Below are positions 26,560 to 34,407 of a DNA stretch of 64,000 nucleotides, piece by piece. Source of the stretch: an uncultured Gammaproteobacteria bacterium. Its GTDB lineage: Bacteria > Patescibacteriota > Microgenomatia > Daviesbacterales > UBA10151. The first letter of the stretch is position 1, and every line of letters starts with the position of its first letter. The notes under the pieces were generated by a model. It saw only the letters and a program-made list of their open reading frames with translations, had not been told where the DNA came from and made no database searches. Position numbers and translations under genes: made by a program. The stretch covers positions 1,897-65,896 of the forward strand of contig CAYQAW010000002.1 in the NCBI GenBank assembly GCA_964415615.1. Reading direction: 5' to 3'.

Positions 26560-27045
26560 TGATTTTGAAAAGTACCTTGCTCTTCCTGCTACTAAGAAGG
26601 TGTTAATTCTACCCTATCCCCATTCAGCAGAAGTGAAAGTTTTTGAGTTTGCTGCCAATCCCCGTTTTTTTGAGTACATTAAACATAAACAAGCCTTTTT
26701 GAATCAGAAAAATGCAAAATTACGTTAATAAACTGCCTTCTATAAATATAAAGTGATTATTCGTTGTCGTACAATATATTTTCTTTTTGATTACTTCTGG
26801 AAACCCATTAAAATTATTTTCTAAAGCTTCTGCTGATCCTATTACCCCTGTTGCTGGACCAAATATAACTAAAAATGGGGATACTTGGAACACTACCAGT
26901 CCTACAGTAGAATTTGAACTTTGGTCTAATTTAGCTCCTGCTGCCCCATAATAAGGGTTGACTCCATTAAATCGGGGTTGACAAAGCTATCCTAAATGGT
27001 TAAGTTTAGATATACAGCCTTTTACATCAAGGGAGAGCTTTTAGA

Positions 27046-28281
27046 ATGAAAAAAAAGTTATTTTTTGTAGTGTTGATAGGATTTATTTTAGGTTCTATTT
27101 TTGTTTTACCATCTGGAGTAAAAGCTGATCCTGATTACAGTAGGTGTAATCAGTATGCTAATGGAGCTCATAATCCATCGCTTCCTAGTAACCAAAATTG
27201 TAATTGGAATTGGCGATATAACAATAGTAATCCTGCTGACGGATGCTATGGTGGTGAATGGTTAGGAGATTGTTCCTCCAGTGCTGCTCCAACAGCTGCT
27301 CCAACAGCTGCTCCAACAGCTGCTCCAACAGCTGTTCCAAGTTGTTCTGTGAGCTGGAATGTCGTCCCTGCAACAGTTGCTGCCAATACTGATTTTACCA
27401 TCAGTTTTACTCAAAGAACCAGTAATGTGGGATGGGATTATGGTAGTTTGTATTTGGATGGCACATATATAGATCATACTAAGGGGAAAATATGCGGGGT
27501 TACTCCCGGGGATACACTTGGCTGTCCTGACGGTGATGTTCAATTTGGAGCCTGGGGAGGCCTTAATTCAGGGGCAGCTGGTACTCATACTTTAACCTGG
27601 AAAGTGCCTAACCGTAATATTCCTGGAGTAACATTTAACAGCTCCCCTGCTACTACGTGTACTCCATCTGCTACTTTTGTTGTTCCAAGTTGTTCTGTTA
27701 CCTGGAATGTCCCTGCAACAGTTGCTGCCAATACTGATTTTACCATCAGTTTTACTCAAAGAACCAGTAATGTGGGATGGGATTATGGTAGTTTGTATTT
27801 GGATGGCACATATATAGATCATACTAAGGGGAAAATATGCGGGGTTACTCCCGGGGATACACTTGGCTGTCCTGACGGTGATGTTCAATTTGGAGCCTGG
27901 GGAGGCCTTAATTCAGGGGCAGCTGGTACTCATACTTTAACCTGGAAAGTGCCTAACCGTGGAGGAACTTGGGGAAGTACGTCTGCTACTACGTGTACTC
28001 CATCTGCTACTTTTGTTGTTCCAACAGCAACTCCAACAGCTGCTCCAACAGCTGCTCCAACAGCTGCTCCAACAGCAACTCCTGTTGCTTCCTGTAGTGT
28101 CAGTGGTGATATTGATGGCAATGGACGTATTGAACAGGCAGACTTTGATAAGTGGAAAAGCGCTTTTATTAATGGGAATTCTATTATAAATGTCCCTCCT
28201 GCTCTTAATAATTGCGCAGATGTGGCAGTAGATCTGGTGCTTTTTAACGCTTGGAGGAGCCAATCTGTAAGACTAAGATAA
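27046..28281 (+). CDS. Secreted repeat protein: signal peptide, (AAPT)n linkers, two near-identical tandem domains of about 115 aa, and a C-terminal dockerin-like calcium-loop module.
   Basis: Signal context VLPSGVKA. Linker APTAAPTAAPTAAPTA. Repeat A (27340-27684) and repeat B (27689-28022) are nearly identical at the nucleotide level. C-terminal motif GDIDGNGRIEQADFDKW fits the dockerin/EF-hand-like D-x-D-x-N-G-x-I-x-x-x-D loop. Confidence 0.6.
   Translation: MKKKLFFVVLIGFILGSIFVLPSGVKADPDYSRCNQYANGAHNPSLPSNQNCNWNWRYNNSNPADGCYGGEWLGDCSSSAAPTAAPTAAPTAAPTAVPSCSVSWNVVPATVAANTDFTISFTQRTSNVGWDYGSLYLDGTYIDHTKGKICGVTPGDTLGCPDGDVQFGAWGGLNSGAAGTHTLTWKVPNRNIPGVTFNSSPATTCTPSATFVVPSCSVTWNVPATVAANTDFTISFTQRTSNVGWDYGSLYLDGTYIDHTKGKICGVTPGDTLGCPDGDVQFGAWGGLNSGAAGTHTLTWKVPNRGGTWGSTSATTCTPSATFVVPTATPTAAPTAAPTAAPTATPVASCSVSGDIDGNGRIEQADFDKWKSAFINGNSIINVPPALNNCADVAVDLVLFNAWRSQSVRLR
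27340..28022 (+). repeat. Two tandem copies of a roughly 345-bp coding repeat, more than 95% identical.
   Basis: The stretches 27370-27600 and 27720-27950 read identically. Confidence 0.8.
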
Positions 28282-29795
28282 TGAATAACATAAAAGAGAG
28301 ATTAATTGATGTTAGGGATTTGCTGCAGGGGCATATCTTAGCCCTGATTATAATTTTAGTGATTGTGATTGGTATACCTATCACCTTTTATCTGGCCAAA
28401 CAACAACAGGATTTGCGGTCAAAAGCAACTGATGCTGGCCGTTTGGTATTTATACCACCTACCCCAACAGGATCTGTGAATATAAACAGCGCCTTTGATC
28501 TGGAGTTTGGCATTAATTTAAATCCGGCGGCGCGGATCACCGGAGCTGATGTAACTATTAGTTATACTAATAACCTGCGGCTGGATACTTTTTTGAAAGA
28601 TACGACTGTTTTACCGGAAGAGATCCTGAATAATAGCAATCCTGCTGTAAATCCTATAACTTTACATTATGTTGCTGTTAGTAAGAGTGGTGATTTGGCT
28701 TCCCGAACTTATGTTCCGTTAGGAAAGCTTACTTTTACAGCCATCAGCGCCGGGTCAGCAACAATTACTGTTATTACCAATCAGATTGTTGCTAAAGATC
28801 AACCAGGTACCCTGGCAATTGGAAATGCAACTACTACTTATACTGTTGCTGCCCGCGTTAATGGTGCCTGGTCTGTTTGGAGCGGAGGTACTTGTACTGT
28901 AACTTGTGATGGAGGTACTTTAACCGGAGAAACCAGGACATGTTATGCGCCTGCTGGTGGCGGAACAGAATGTACCAGGCTTGATAATACTCAGACCAAT
29001 TCTGAGAACTGGACTGATACCAGGTCGGGAGTGACAGCATGCAATACTCAAGCCTGTCCTGTTAATGGTGCCTGGTCTGCTTGGAGCGCTTGTTCAGCAA
29101 CAGCTTGTGGTACTTCTGGAACACAAACTAGAACATGTGATAATCCTTCACCATCAAATGGTGGGAGTGCCTGTACTGGGTCAGCTACCCAAGCTTGTGC
29201 TGCCTCTGCCTGTGCTGTTAATGGTGCCTGGTCTGCTTGGAGCGCTTGTTCAGCAACAGCTTGTGGTACTTCTGGAACACAAACTAGAACATGTGATAAT
29301 CCTTCACCATCAAATGGTGGGAGTGCCTGTACTGGGTCAGCTACCCAAGCTTGTGCTGCCTCTGCCTGTGCTGTTAATGGTGCCTGGTCTGCTTGGAGCG
29401 GAGGTACTTGTACTGTAACTTGTGGTGGAGGTACTCTAACCGGAGAAACCAGGACATGTTCTGCGCCTACTGGTGGCGGAACAGAATGTACCATGCTTGA
29501 TAATAGGACGCTGACTACTCCTACCAACCGGACTGAAACCAGGTCGGCAGTGACAGCATGCAATACTCAAGCCTGTCCCTGTATTAATGGGGATACTATA
29601 GGTGGTAACTCATGTGTGAGCATTGATGACTATAATACCTGGTATAGTGAATTCACAGGAGCAGTTACTACAAAAACAGCTGATTTTTATTCAGTATGTA
29701 ATAGTAGTAACCAAAAAGGAGATGGGGTGATTGATATTAATGATTATAATATTTGGCGCAGGGAATTTGATGCCAACAGTCACCGATGTACGTAA
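28281..29795 (+). CDS. Membrane-anchored surface protein: signal-anchor, cohesin-like domain, five thrombospondin type-1-like (TSP1) repeats, and a C-terminal dockerin-like module.
   Basis: Probable start is the ATG in TAATG overlapping the upstream stop. TM helix ILALIIILVIVIGIPITFYLA. Cohesin-like pattern ITGADVTISYTNNLRLDT...GKLTFTAISAGSATITV. TSP1 repeats of the form WS-WS...CS-TCG-G-Q-R-R-C...GG--C-G...C. C-terminal dockerin-like context DGVIDINDYNIWRREF. Confidence 0.65.
   Translation: MNNIKERLIDVRDLLQGHILALIIILVIVIGIPITFYLAKQQQDLRSKATDAGRLVFIPPTPTGSVNINSAFDLEFGINLNPAARITGADVTISYTNNLRLDTFLKDTTVLPEEILNNSNPAVNPITLHYVAVSKSGDLASRTYVPLGKLTFTAISAGSATITVITNQIVAKDQPGTLAIGNATTTYTVAARVNGAWSVWSGGTCTVTCDGGTLTGETRTCYAPAGGGTECTRLDNTQTNSENWTDTRSGVTACNTQACPVNGAWSAWSACSATACGTSGTQTRTCDNPSPSNGGSACTGSATQACAASACAVNGAWSAWSACSATACGTSGTQTRTCDNPSPSNGGSACTGSATQACAASACAVNGAWSAWSGGTCTVTCGGGTLTGETRTCSAPTGGGTECTMLDNRTLTTPTNRTETRSAVTACNTQACPCINGDTIGGNSCVSIDDYNTWYSEFTGAVTTKTADFYSVCNSSNQKGDGVIDINDYNIWRREFDANSHRCT
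28857..29580 (+). repeat. Five tandem TSP1-like coding repeats; the central two (about 174 bp each, roughly 29044-29391) are nucleotide-identical.
   Basis: Seen in sequence. The antisense ORFs over this span are repeat artefacts. Confidence 0.8.
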
Positions 29796-29798
29796 AAT

Positions 29799-31643
29799 AT
29801 GAAAGAATTTTTAGATTTATTTAGAAACAAAAAACATCTGATTAGTCTTCTCCTTTTGGGGATATTAATTATAGCCCTCCCTTTGGGAATAAAATTAGTC
29901 AGCCAACAAAAGATTATTCAATCCAGAGCTACCAATCCTCCAATTGTATTTAAAGGAAATAATGTAGTTCAAAGAAACGGGCAATGGATAGCTATAAAGC
30001 CTCAAATTTCTTTAGAACTTACTTCTGCTTTAGGCGCTCCGGCATCCACGCCGGTTCCTGGTGCCAGTTCAAGCCCTTCTTCTAGTCCTAGCCTTGCTCC
30101 TAGCCCGAGTTCTAATCCAAATACTGGAGATGTATATTTCCTGTTGGATCCGATCCAAGCTTCTAAAACAACGGGAGATAGTTTTAATGTTACTCTTAAG
30201 CTCAATGCGTCAACTTTTAATATTTCAGCGCTAGATATAACGGTAAATTTTGATAAGGACAAGCTGGAGCTTATAAACTTTGTACCAGCCTCTGATAGCC
30301 ATATTGATTCAGTAATTAATGAAAAAAATAACCTGTCTGGTTATTTCCATTTCGTAGGAGTAAGATCACCAGCTACTAATCGGGTTTCCGGTGAAGTTAA
30401 CTTAGGTACTATTCAACTAAAAGCAAAAAATGTAGAAGGTATTGCTCAGATTACTTTTGGCAATACCCGGATTACATCTTCTGATAGAAGTGATCCTTTA
30501 ACAATTAGCAATAATCAAGGGGGTAGTTATTCTATTTTGAATATTGCTTCCGCTACTTCTTACCGGATTGCTGAAAATCCGACAGATTTAGCTGCGGCTG
30601 CTTGGGAAAATTATAATGCTGAACCAACTTTACGGGACTATGAATTTAGAGATAAAAGTCCGGGAGTAAAGACTATTTTTGTCGAATTTAAAGATTCTCA
30701 CCAAAAAACAGGTGGCTGCGGAGTAAATAACTCTCAGCCATGCCAAGTTCAAATTAGGCTTTTAGGTGATTTTGCGATCGGAAGTTGTGCTTTGAGTTTT
30801 GAAGGAAATAATGCTGTCTTGAATTTAAGAGGACAAAATTTCGGATTAACCAGGGGTGAGATCAAAAGCGGAGATACAGACTTGCAGGTTAGAGAATGGA
30901 AAGATAAGAATATTAAAGCAGTTTGGCAGGATGCGCCAGTTGGGCAAGTATTGCCGGTGTCTGTAACAAATACAGATGGCCAAGTTGCTGAAAGCCAATG
31001 TAGCGCTATCTCGCAGCTTTCAGTTGGGGCTAAATTTTTCTGTGGCCAGTCTTCTTCCAGCGCAGTTAATAATATTGATTTGAGTTTAGCTGGGGTATTT
31101 GAGGGAGGCACAAAGATCAAACAAAAAGTTAGCATTGCCACAGATGGTATTATCCAGGGATTAAATCAAAAATTAGAGGAAGGCAAGAATTATAAAGTAT
31201 CTTTAAAGGGGCCTAAATCGCTCCGCAGGACTGCAGAATTTACAGCAGGCAATGGCACTACCAATGTTACTGATTTTGTTTTACCTGTTGGAGATATTTT
31301 CCCGGTTACCAATGGAGATGGCGTAATTAATAATTTTGACCATTCAGAATTGGTCCGCCAGTGGATTATTTCTGTAGATGCTACTGGGAGATCAGCAGAT
31401 TTTAATGGTGACGGCAGGGTTAATTCCATTGACTGGGCTTGTATGAGGCATGATTTTGGCTCCTCAGATGATTCAGAACCAGCTGCTGGTGGTCCTGCAG
31501 CTGCTCCATCTGCCAGCCCAAGTCCTGTTGCTTCTGACGCTTCCGCTTCTAGTCCAAGTCCTAGTCCAAGTCCTTCTGCTACTCTAAATACTGGAGTTGG
31601 CAGTACAGCAGGCAGTACTGGAATTGGTAGTACAGCCCGTTAA
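29799..31643 (+). CDS. Large surface protein: N-terminal TM anchor, Ser/Pro linker, cohesin-like domain, central beta-rich region, tandem dockerin-like calcium-loop pair, Ser/Pro/Ala-rich tail.
   Basis: TM helix LISLLLLGILIIALPLGIKLV. Cohesin-like pattern FNVTLKLNASTFNISALDITVNFDKDKLELINF...VNLGTIQLKAKNVEGIAQITF. Dockerin-like pair VTNGDGVINNFDHSELVRQWI and DFNGDGRVNSIDWACMRHDF. Confidence 0.6.
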   Translation: MKEFLDLFRNKKHLISLLLLGILIIALPLGIKLVSQQKIIQSRATNPPIVFKGNNVVQRNGQWIAIKPQISLELTSALGAPASTPVPGASSSPSSSPSLAPSPSSNPNTGDVYFLLDPIQASKTTGDSFNVTLKLNASTFNISALDITVNFDKDKLELINFVPASDSHIDSVINEKNNLSGYFHFVGVRSPATNRVSGEVNLGTIQLKAKNVEGIAQITFGNTRITSSDRSDPLTISNNQGGSYSILNIASATSYRIAENPTDLAAAAWENYNAEPTLRDYEFRDKSPGVKTIFVEFKDSHQKTGGCGVNNSQPCQVQIRLLGDFAIGSCALSFEGNNAVLNLRGQNFGLTRGEIKSGDTDLQVREWKDKNIKAVWQDAPVGQVLPVSVTNTDGQVAESQCSAISQLSVGAKFFCGQSSSSAVNNIDLSLAGVFEGGTKIKQKVSIATDGIIQGLNQKLEEGKNYKVSLKGPKSLRRTAEFTAGNGTTNVTDFVLPVGDIFPVTNGDGVINNFDHSELVRQWIISVDATGRSADFNGDGRVNSIDWACMRHDFGSSDDSEPAAGGPAAAPSASPSPVASDASASSPSPSPSPSATLNTGVGSTAGSTGIGSTAR

Positions 31644-31663
31644 GTTTGTGATACACTAAAAAA

Positions 31664-32299
31664 ATGGATAGTTTAAACGTATACGTAAATAATCAAACAA
31701 ATAATCAGACAGGACCGCAGAAAATTAAAAGCTTTTTTACTGTCCCCAAGATTATTTTCGCGGTTTTAGGAATCGTTATTTTGGTAGAAGTGATATTTGT
31801 TGTTAAGTCTTTAACTTCACCTGCTTCTCCTCTGCCTCAGGTTAGTGATCAGGCAGGTGTTATTTCAACTATTTCTAAAATTTCTTTAAGCGCTTCTAAA
31901 ACGAACTTGAATGTTGGGCAGATGATACCAGTTGAGTTAAGAGTAGATACAGGGGGAAAATCCATTTCTGGAGCTGATTTGATAATCCGCTTTGATCCCC
32001 AAGTTTTAGAGGCATCAGGGACTGCAATCATCAAAGGAAAAATATTTGATGAATACCCCCTGGTATCTGTGGATGCAAAAAATGGTTTGATTTCAATTTC
32101 AGGGGTCAGTAGTATAAATAAAAGTTTTAAAGGTTCTGGACAATTTGCTTTGATAAATTTTAAGGCAAAAATCCCTGGCAAAACATCTTTAACAGTTGAT
32201 TTTAAGAAAGGTTCAACAACTGCTTCTAATTTGGTGGAAGCTGCTACTTCAAAAAATATTTTGGATAATGTTGATAATTTAGAGCTTGAAATACAATGA
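31664..32299 (+). CDS. Membrane-anchored single cohesin-like domain protein.
   Basis: N-terminal TM helix. Cohesin-like pattern VELRVDTGGKSISGADLIIRFDPQVLEASG...GSGQFALINFKAKIPGKTSLTVDF. Confidence 0.5.
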   Translation: MDSLNVYVNNQTNNQTGPQKIKSFFTVPKIIFAVLGIVILVEVIFVVKSLTSPASPLPQVSDQAGVISTISKISLSASKTNLNVGQMIPVELRVDTGGKSISGADLIIRFDPQVLEASGTAIIKGKIFDEYPLVSVDAKNGLISISGVSSINKSFKGSGQFALINFKAKIPGKTSLTVDFKKGSTTASNLVEAATSKNILDNVDNLELEIQ

Positions 32300-33042
32300 A
32301 AAGAATTCTGCCATTTATTTTTACTTTTTACTTTTTACTTGTTACTTTACCTTCTGCTGCTTTTGCTGAGTCAGCCACTTTATCTCTAGATCCATCTAGC
32401 GGCACATTTAATTCTGGTTGTACTTTTTCCCTGAACGTTAACCTTGATACTGGTGGAGTTCAAACAGATGGTGCGGATGCTATTTTAGTTTATGATACTG
32501 CTAAGTTTACTGCTACTTCTATAACTAAAGGTACAATTTACCCGGATTATCCTGGGAATAATATTGATGCTGCAAGCGGTAAAATTACTATTTCAGGTTT
32601 GGCTTCTGTCAGTACTCCTTTTTCCGGTAAAGGCATCCTGGCTACAATAAATTTTACAGTTGTTACAGAGGCTCCTGCAGGAGTGACTCAGATGACCTTT
32701 GATTTTGATCCAAATGATAAAGCAAAAACTACAGATTCCAATGTTGTTGAGCGTGGTACAGTAACAGATATATTAAATTCTGTAGTTAATGGCAGCTATA
32801 CAATTGGGACTGGAACATGCGGGCAGAATAATACAGTAGTCTCTACTTCTAGACCCTCTACTTCTAGACCAGTTGGAGCAATAGATATATCTACTCCTTC
32901 AGCTACCCTTGCGCCAACATATATACCTGTTCCTGTCAGGAAAACTTTGCCTGAGGGAGGAACTCAAGAAGTTACTTTTGCCATAGCTATTGTAGGTGGG
33001 ATTTTGACTGTATTGGGAATTTTAGGACTGGCGCTTTTGTAA
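32296..33042 (+). CDS. Secreted cohesin-like domain protein with (STSRP)2 linker and a C-terminal LPEGG motif followed by a hydrophobic anchor.
   Basis: Signal peptide context LPSAAFA. Cohesin-like pattern FSLNVNLDTGGVQTDGADAILVYDTAKFTATSI...GKGILATINFTVV...MTFDF. C-terminus KTLPEGGTQEVTFAIAIVGGILTVLGILGLALL. Confidence 0.5.
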   Translation: MKRILPFIFTFYFLLVTLPSAAFAESATLSLDPSSGTFNSGCTFSLNVNLDTGGVQTDGADAILVYDTAKFTATSITKGTIYPDYPGNNIDAASGKITISGLASVSTPFSGKGILATINFTVVTEAPAGVTQMTFDFDPNDKAKTTDSNVVERGTVTDILNSVVNGSYTIGTGTCGQNNTVVSTSRPSTSRPVGAIDISTPSATLAPTYIPVPVRKTLPEGGTQEVTFAIAIVGGILTVLGILGLALL

Positions 33043-33043
33043 G

Positions 33044-33925
33044 ATGACTCTTTCTGCTCTAATAACTGATTTTCTGGAATACCTTGAACTTGAACGTAAT
33101 GCTGCTCAGCCTACTATTAGAAATTATGATCATTATCTAAAACGCTTCGTAGAATTTGCAACAGATATAAACCCAGAAGATATAGATTTAAATTTAGTGA
33201 GAAAGTACAGGCTTTATTTATCAAGATGGATAGATCCTAAAACTCAAAAATCTTTAAAAAGAGTGACCCAAAATTATTTTATGATAGCTCTGAGGGCATT
33301 TTTAAGATATCTAGCCAAATCAGATATTTCAACTTTGTCTCCTGAAAAAGTTGAGCTTGGAGAAACTGATCCTAAGTCTTTAAAAGTTTTAGAGAAAGAC
33401 AAGCTTCAATTTCTGCTTGAGGCTCCTGATTGTACCACAAAAGATGGGTTGCGTGATAGAGCAATTCTGGAAACTTTATTTTCCACAGGTCTTAGGGTAT
33501 CTGAACTAGCTTCTTTAAATAGGGATACCATTAATTTACAAAGAAAGGAATTTGGGATTGTTGGAAAAGGAGGAAAAGAAAGAATGGTGTTTATTTCAGA
33601 TCCTGCAGCAGATTGTATAGAGATGTATTTAAACGCCCGTAAAGATACTTTTAAACCCCTTTTTATTAGATTCCAAGGTACTGTAAATCCTGAAAATGAA
33701 GGCGAGACAATGAGACTTACTCCCCGCTCGATTGAAAGGACTGTAGAAAAATATGTTAAGGCTTTGGGATTTTCTGTAAAAGCCACTCCGCACACCCTCC
33801 GCCACTGCTTTGCTACAGATTTACTCATAAATGGAGTTGATATCCGTTCAGTTCAAGAGATGCTGGGTCATTCTAATATCTCCACAACTCAAATTTACAC
33901 TCATGTTACCAATACACTAAAGTAA
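33044..33925 (+). CDS. Tyrosine recombinase, XerC/XerD-like.
   Basis: Catalytic region in the context HTLRHCFATDLLINGVDIRSVQEMLGHSNISTTQIYTHV. An N-terminal SAM-like core-binding domain. Confidence 0.8.
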   Translation: MTLSALITDFLEYLELERNAAQPTIRNYDHYLKRFVEFATDINPEDIDLNLVRKYRLYLSRWIDPKTQKSLKRVTQNYFMIALRAFLRYLAKSDISTLSPEKVELGETDPKSLKVLEKDKLQFLLEAPDCTTKDGLRDRAILETLFSTGLRVSELASLNRDTINLQRKEFGIVGKGGKERMVFISDPAADCIEMYLNARKDTFKPLFIRFQGTVNPENEGETMRLTPRSIERTVEKYVKALGFSVKATPHTLRHCFATDLLINGVDIRSVQEMLGHSNISTTQIYTHVTNTLK

Positions 33926-34407
33926 TGGACTACAAGCGAAGGAAATTTATCGTAAAAACAGTGGTTTTTACCTTAAGCTTAATTATTGCTTGGTATTTGA
34001 TTAGAAATGGCTTGCTGGATGGTTTGCCAGCCTCCCCTATTTTAGCAGGGATGTTCTATGCTTCTTTCTTAACCTCCCCTATTTCACTAGCCATGCTGGT
34101 GGTGTTGGCAAAAACTAATAATCCTGTCAGTTTAGCATTGCTTGCAGGAGTAGGAGCAGCTTTGGCAGATCTTTTGATAGTGAAGCTGTTTAGGCAAGCT
34201 GTAGCCTTGAAGATGCGGCCGGAAAAAACTAGTTTTCCCCACATCATCCTGGGCGCAATTATCATTGCCTCTCCCCTGCCAGATGAATTAGGTTTGATGA
34301 TGTTGGGGGTATCTAAGTTGAAATACTATCAAATTGCAATTTTGACTTATGTATTAAATACTGCCGGAATACTTTTGATTATTGTACCTGTTAGTATATT
34401 TATATGA
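33925..34407 (+). CDS. Small polytopic membrane protein.
   Basis: Hydrophobicity pattern. Start and stop overlap the neighbouring genes. Confidence 0.4.
   Translation: MDYKRRKFIVKTVVFTLSLIIAWYLIRNGLLDGLPASPILAGMFYASFLTSPISLAMLVVLAKTNNPVSLALLAGVGAALADLLIVKLFRQAVALKMRPEKTSFPHIILGAIIIASPLPDELGLMMLGVSKLKYYQIAILTYVLNTAGILLIIVPVSIFI

Noticed and set aside
26489-26728. ORF of 79 aa overlapping the last 70 nt of the first recombinase.
   Set aside because: No motif, a substantial overlap, and no RBS-like context. It could be a real small ORF but the evidence is insufficient, so it was left out of the feature list.
27185-28263. Cluster of antisense and alternative-frame ORFs (27185..27373-, 27262..27543-, 27592..27888-, 27930..28121-, 27937..28263-, 27959..28189+) with poly-(SSCW), poly-(LEQL) or poly-(AVGA) translations.
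   Set aside because: They are repeat-induced open frames over the (GCTCCAACAGCT)n linker and the tandem duplication of the secreted protein. The sense-strand protein has a signal peptide and coherent domains. The antisense products are pure low complexity.
29048-29563. Antisense ORF of 171 aa and sense alternative-frame ORF 29065..29418 over the TSP1 repeats.
   Set aside because: Created by the identical tandem 174-bp copies. Their translations are repetitive with no motifs. The main frame carries the Trp/Cys TSP1 pattern.
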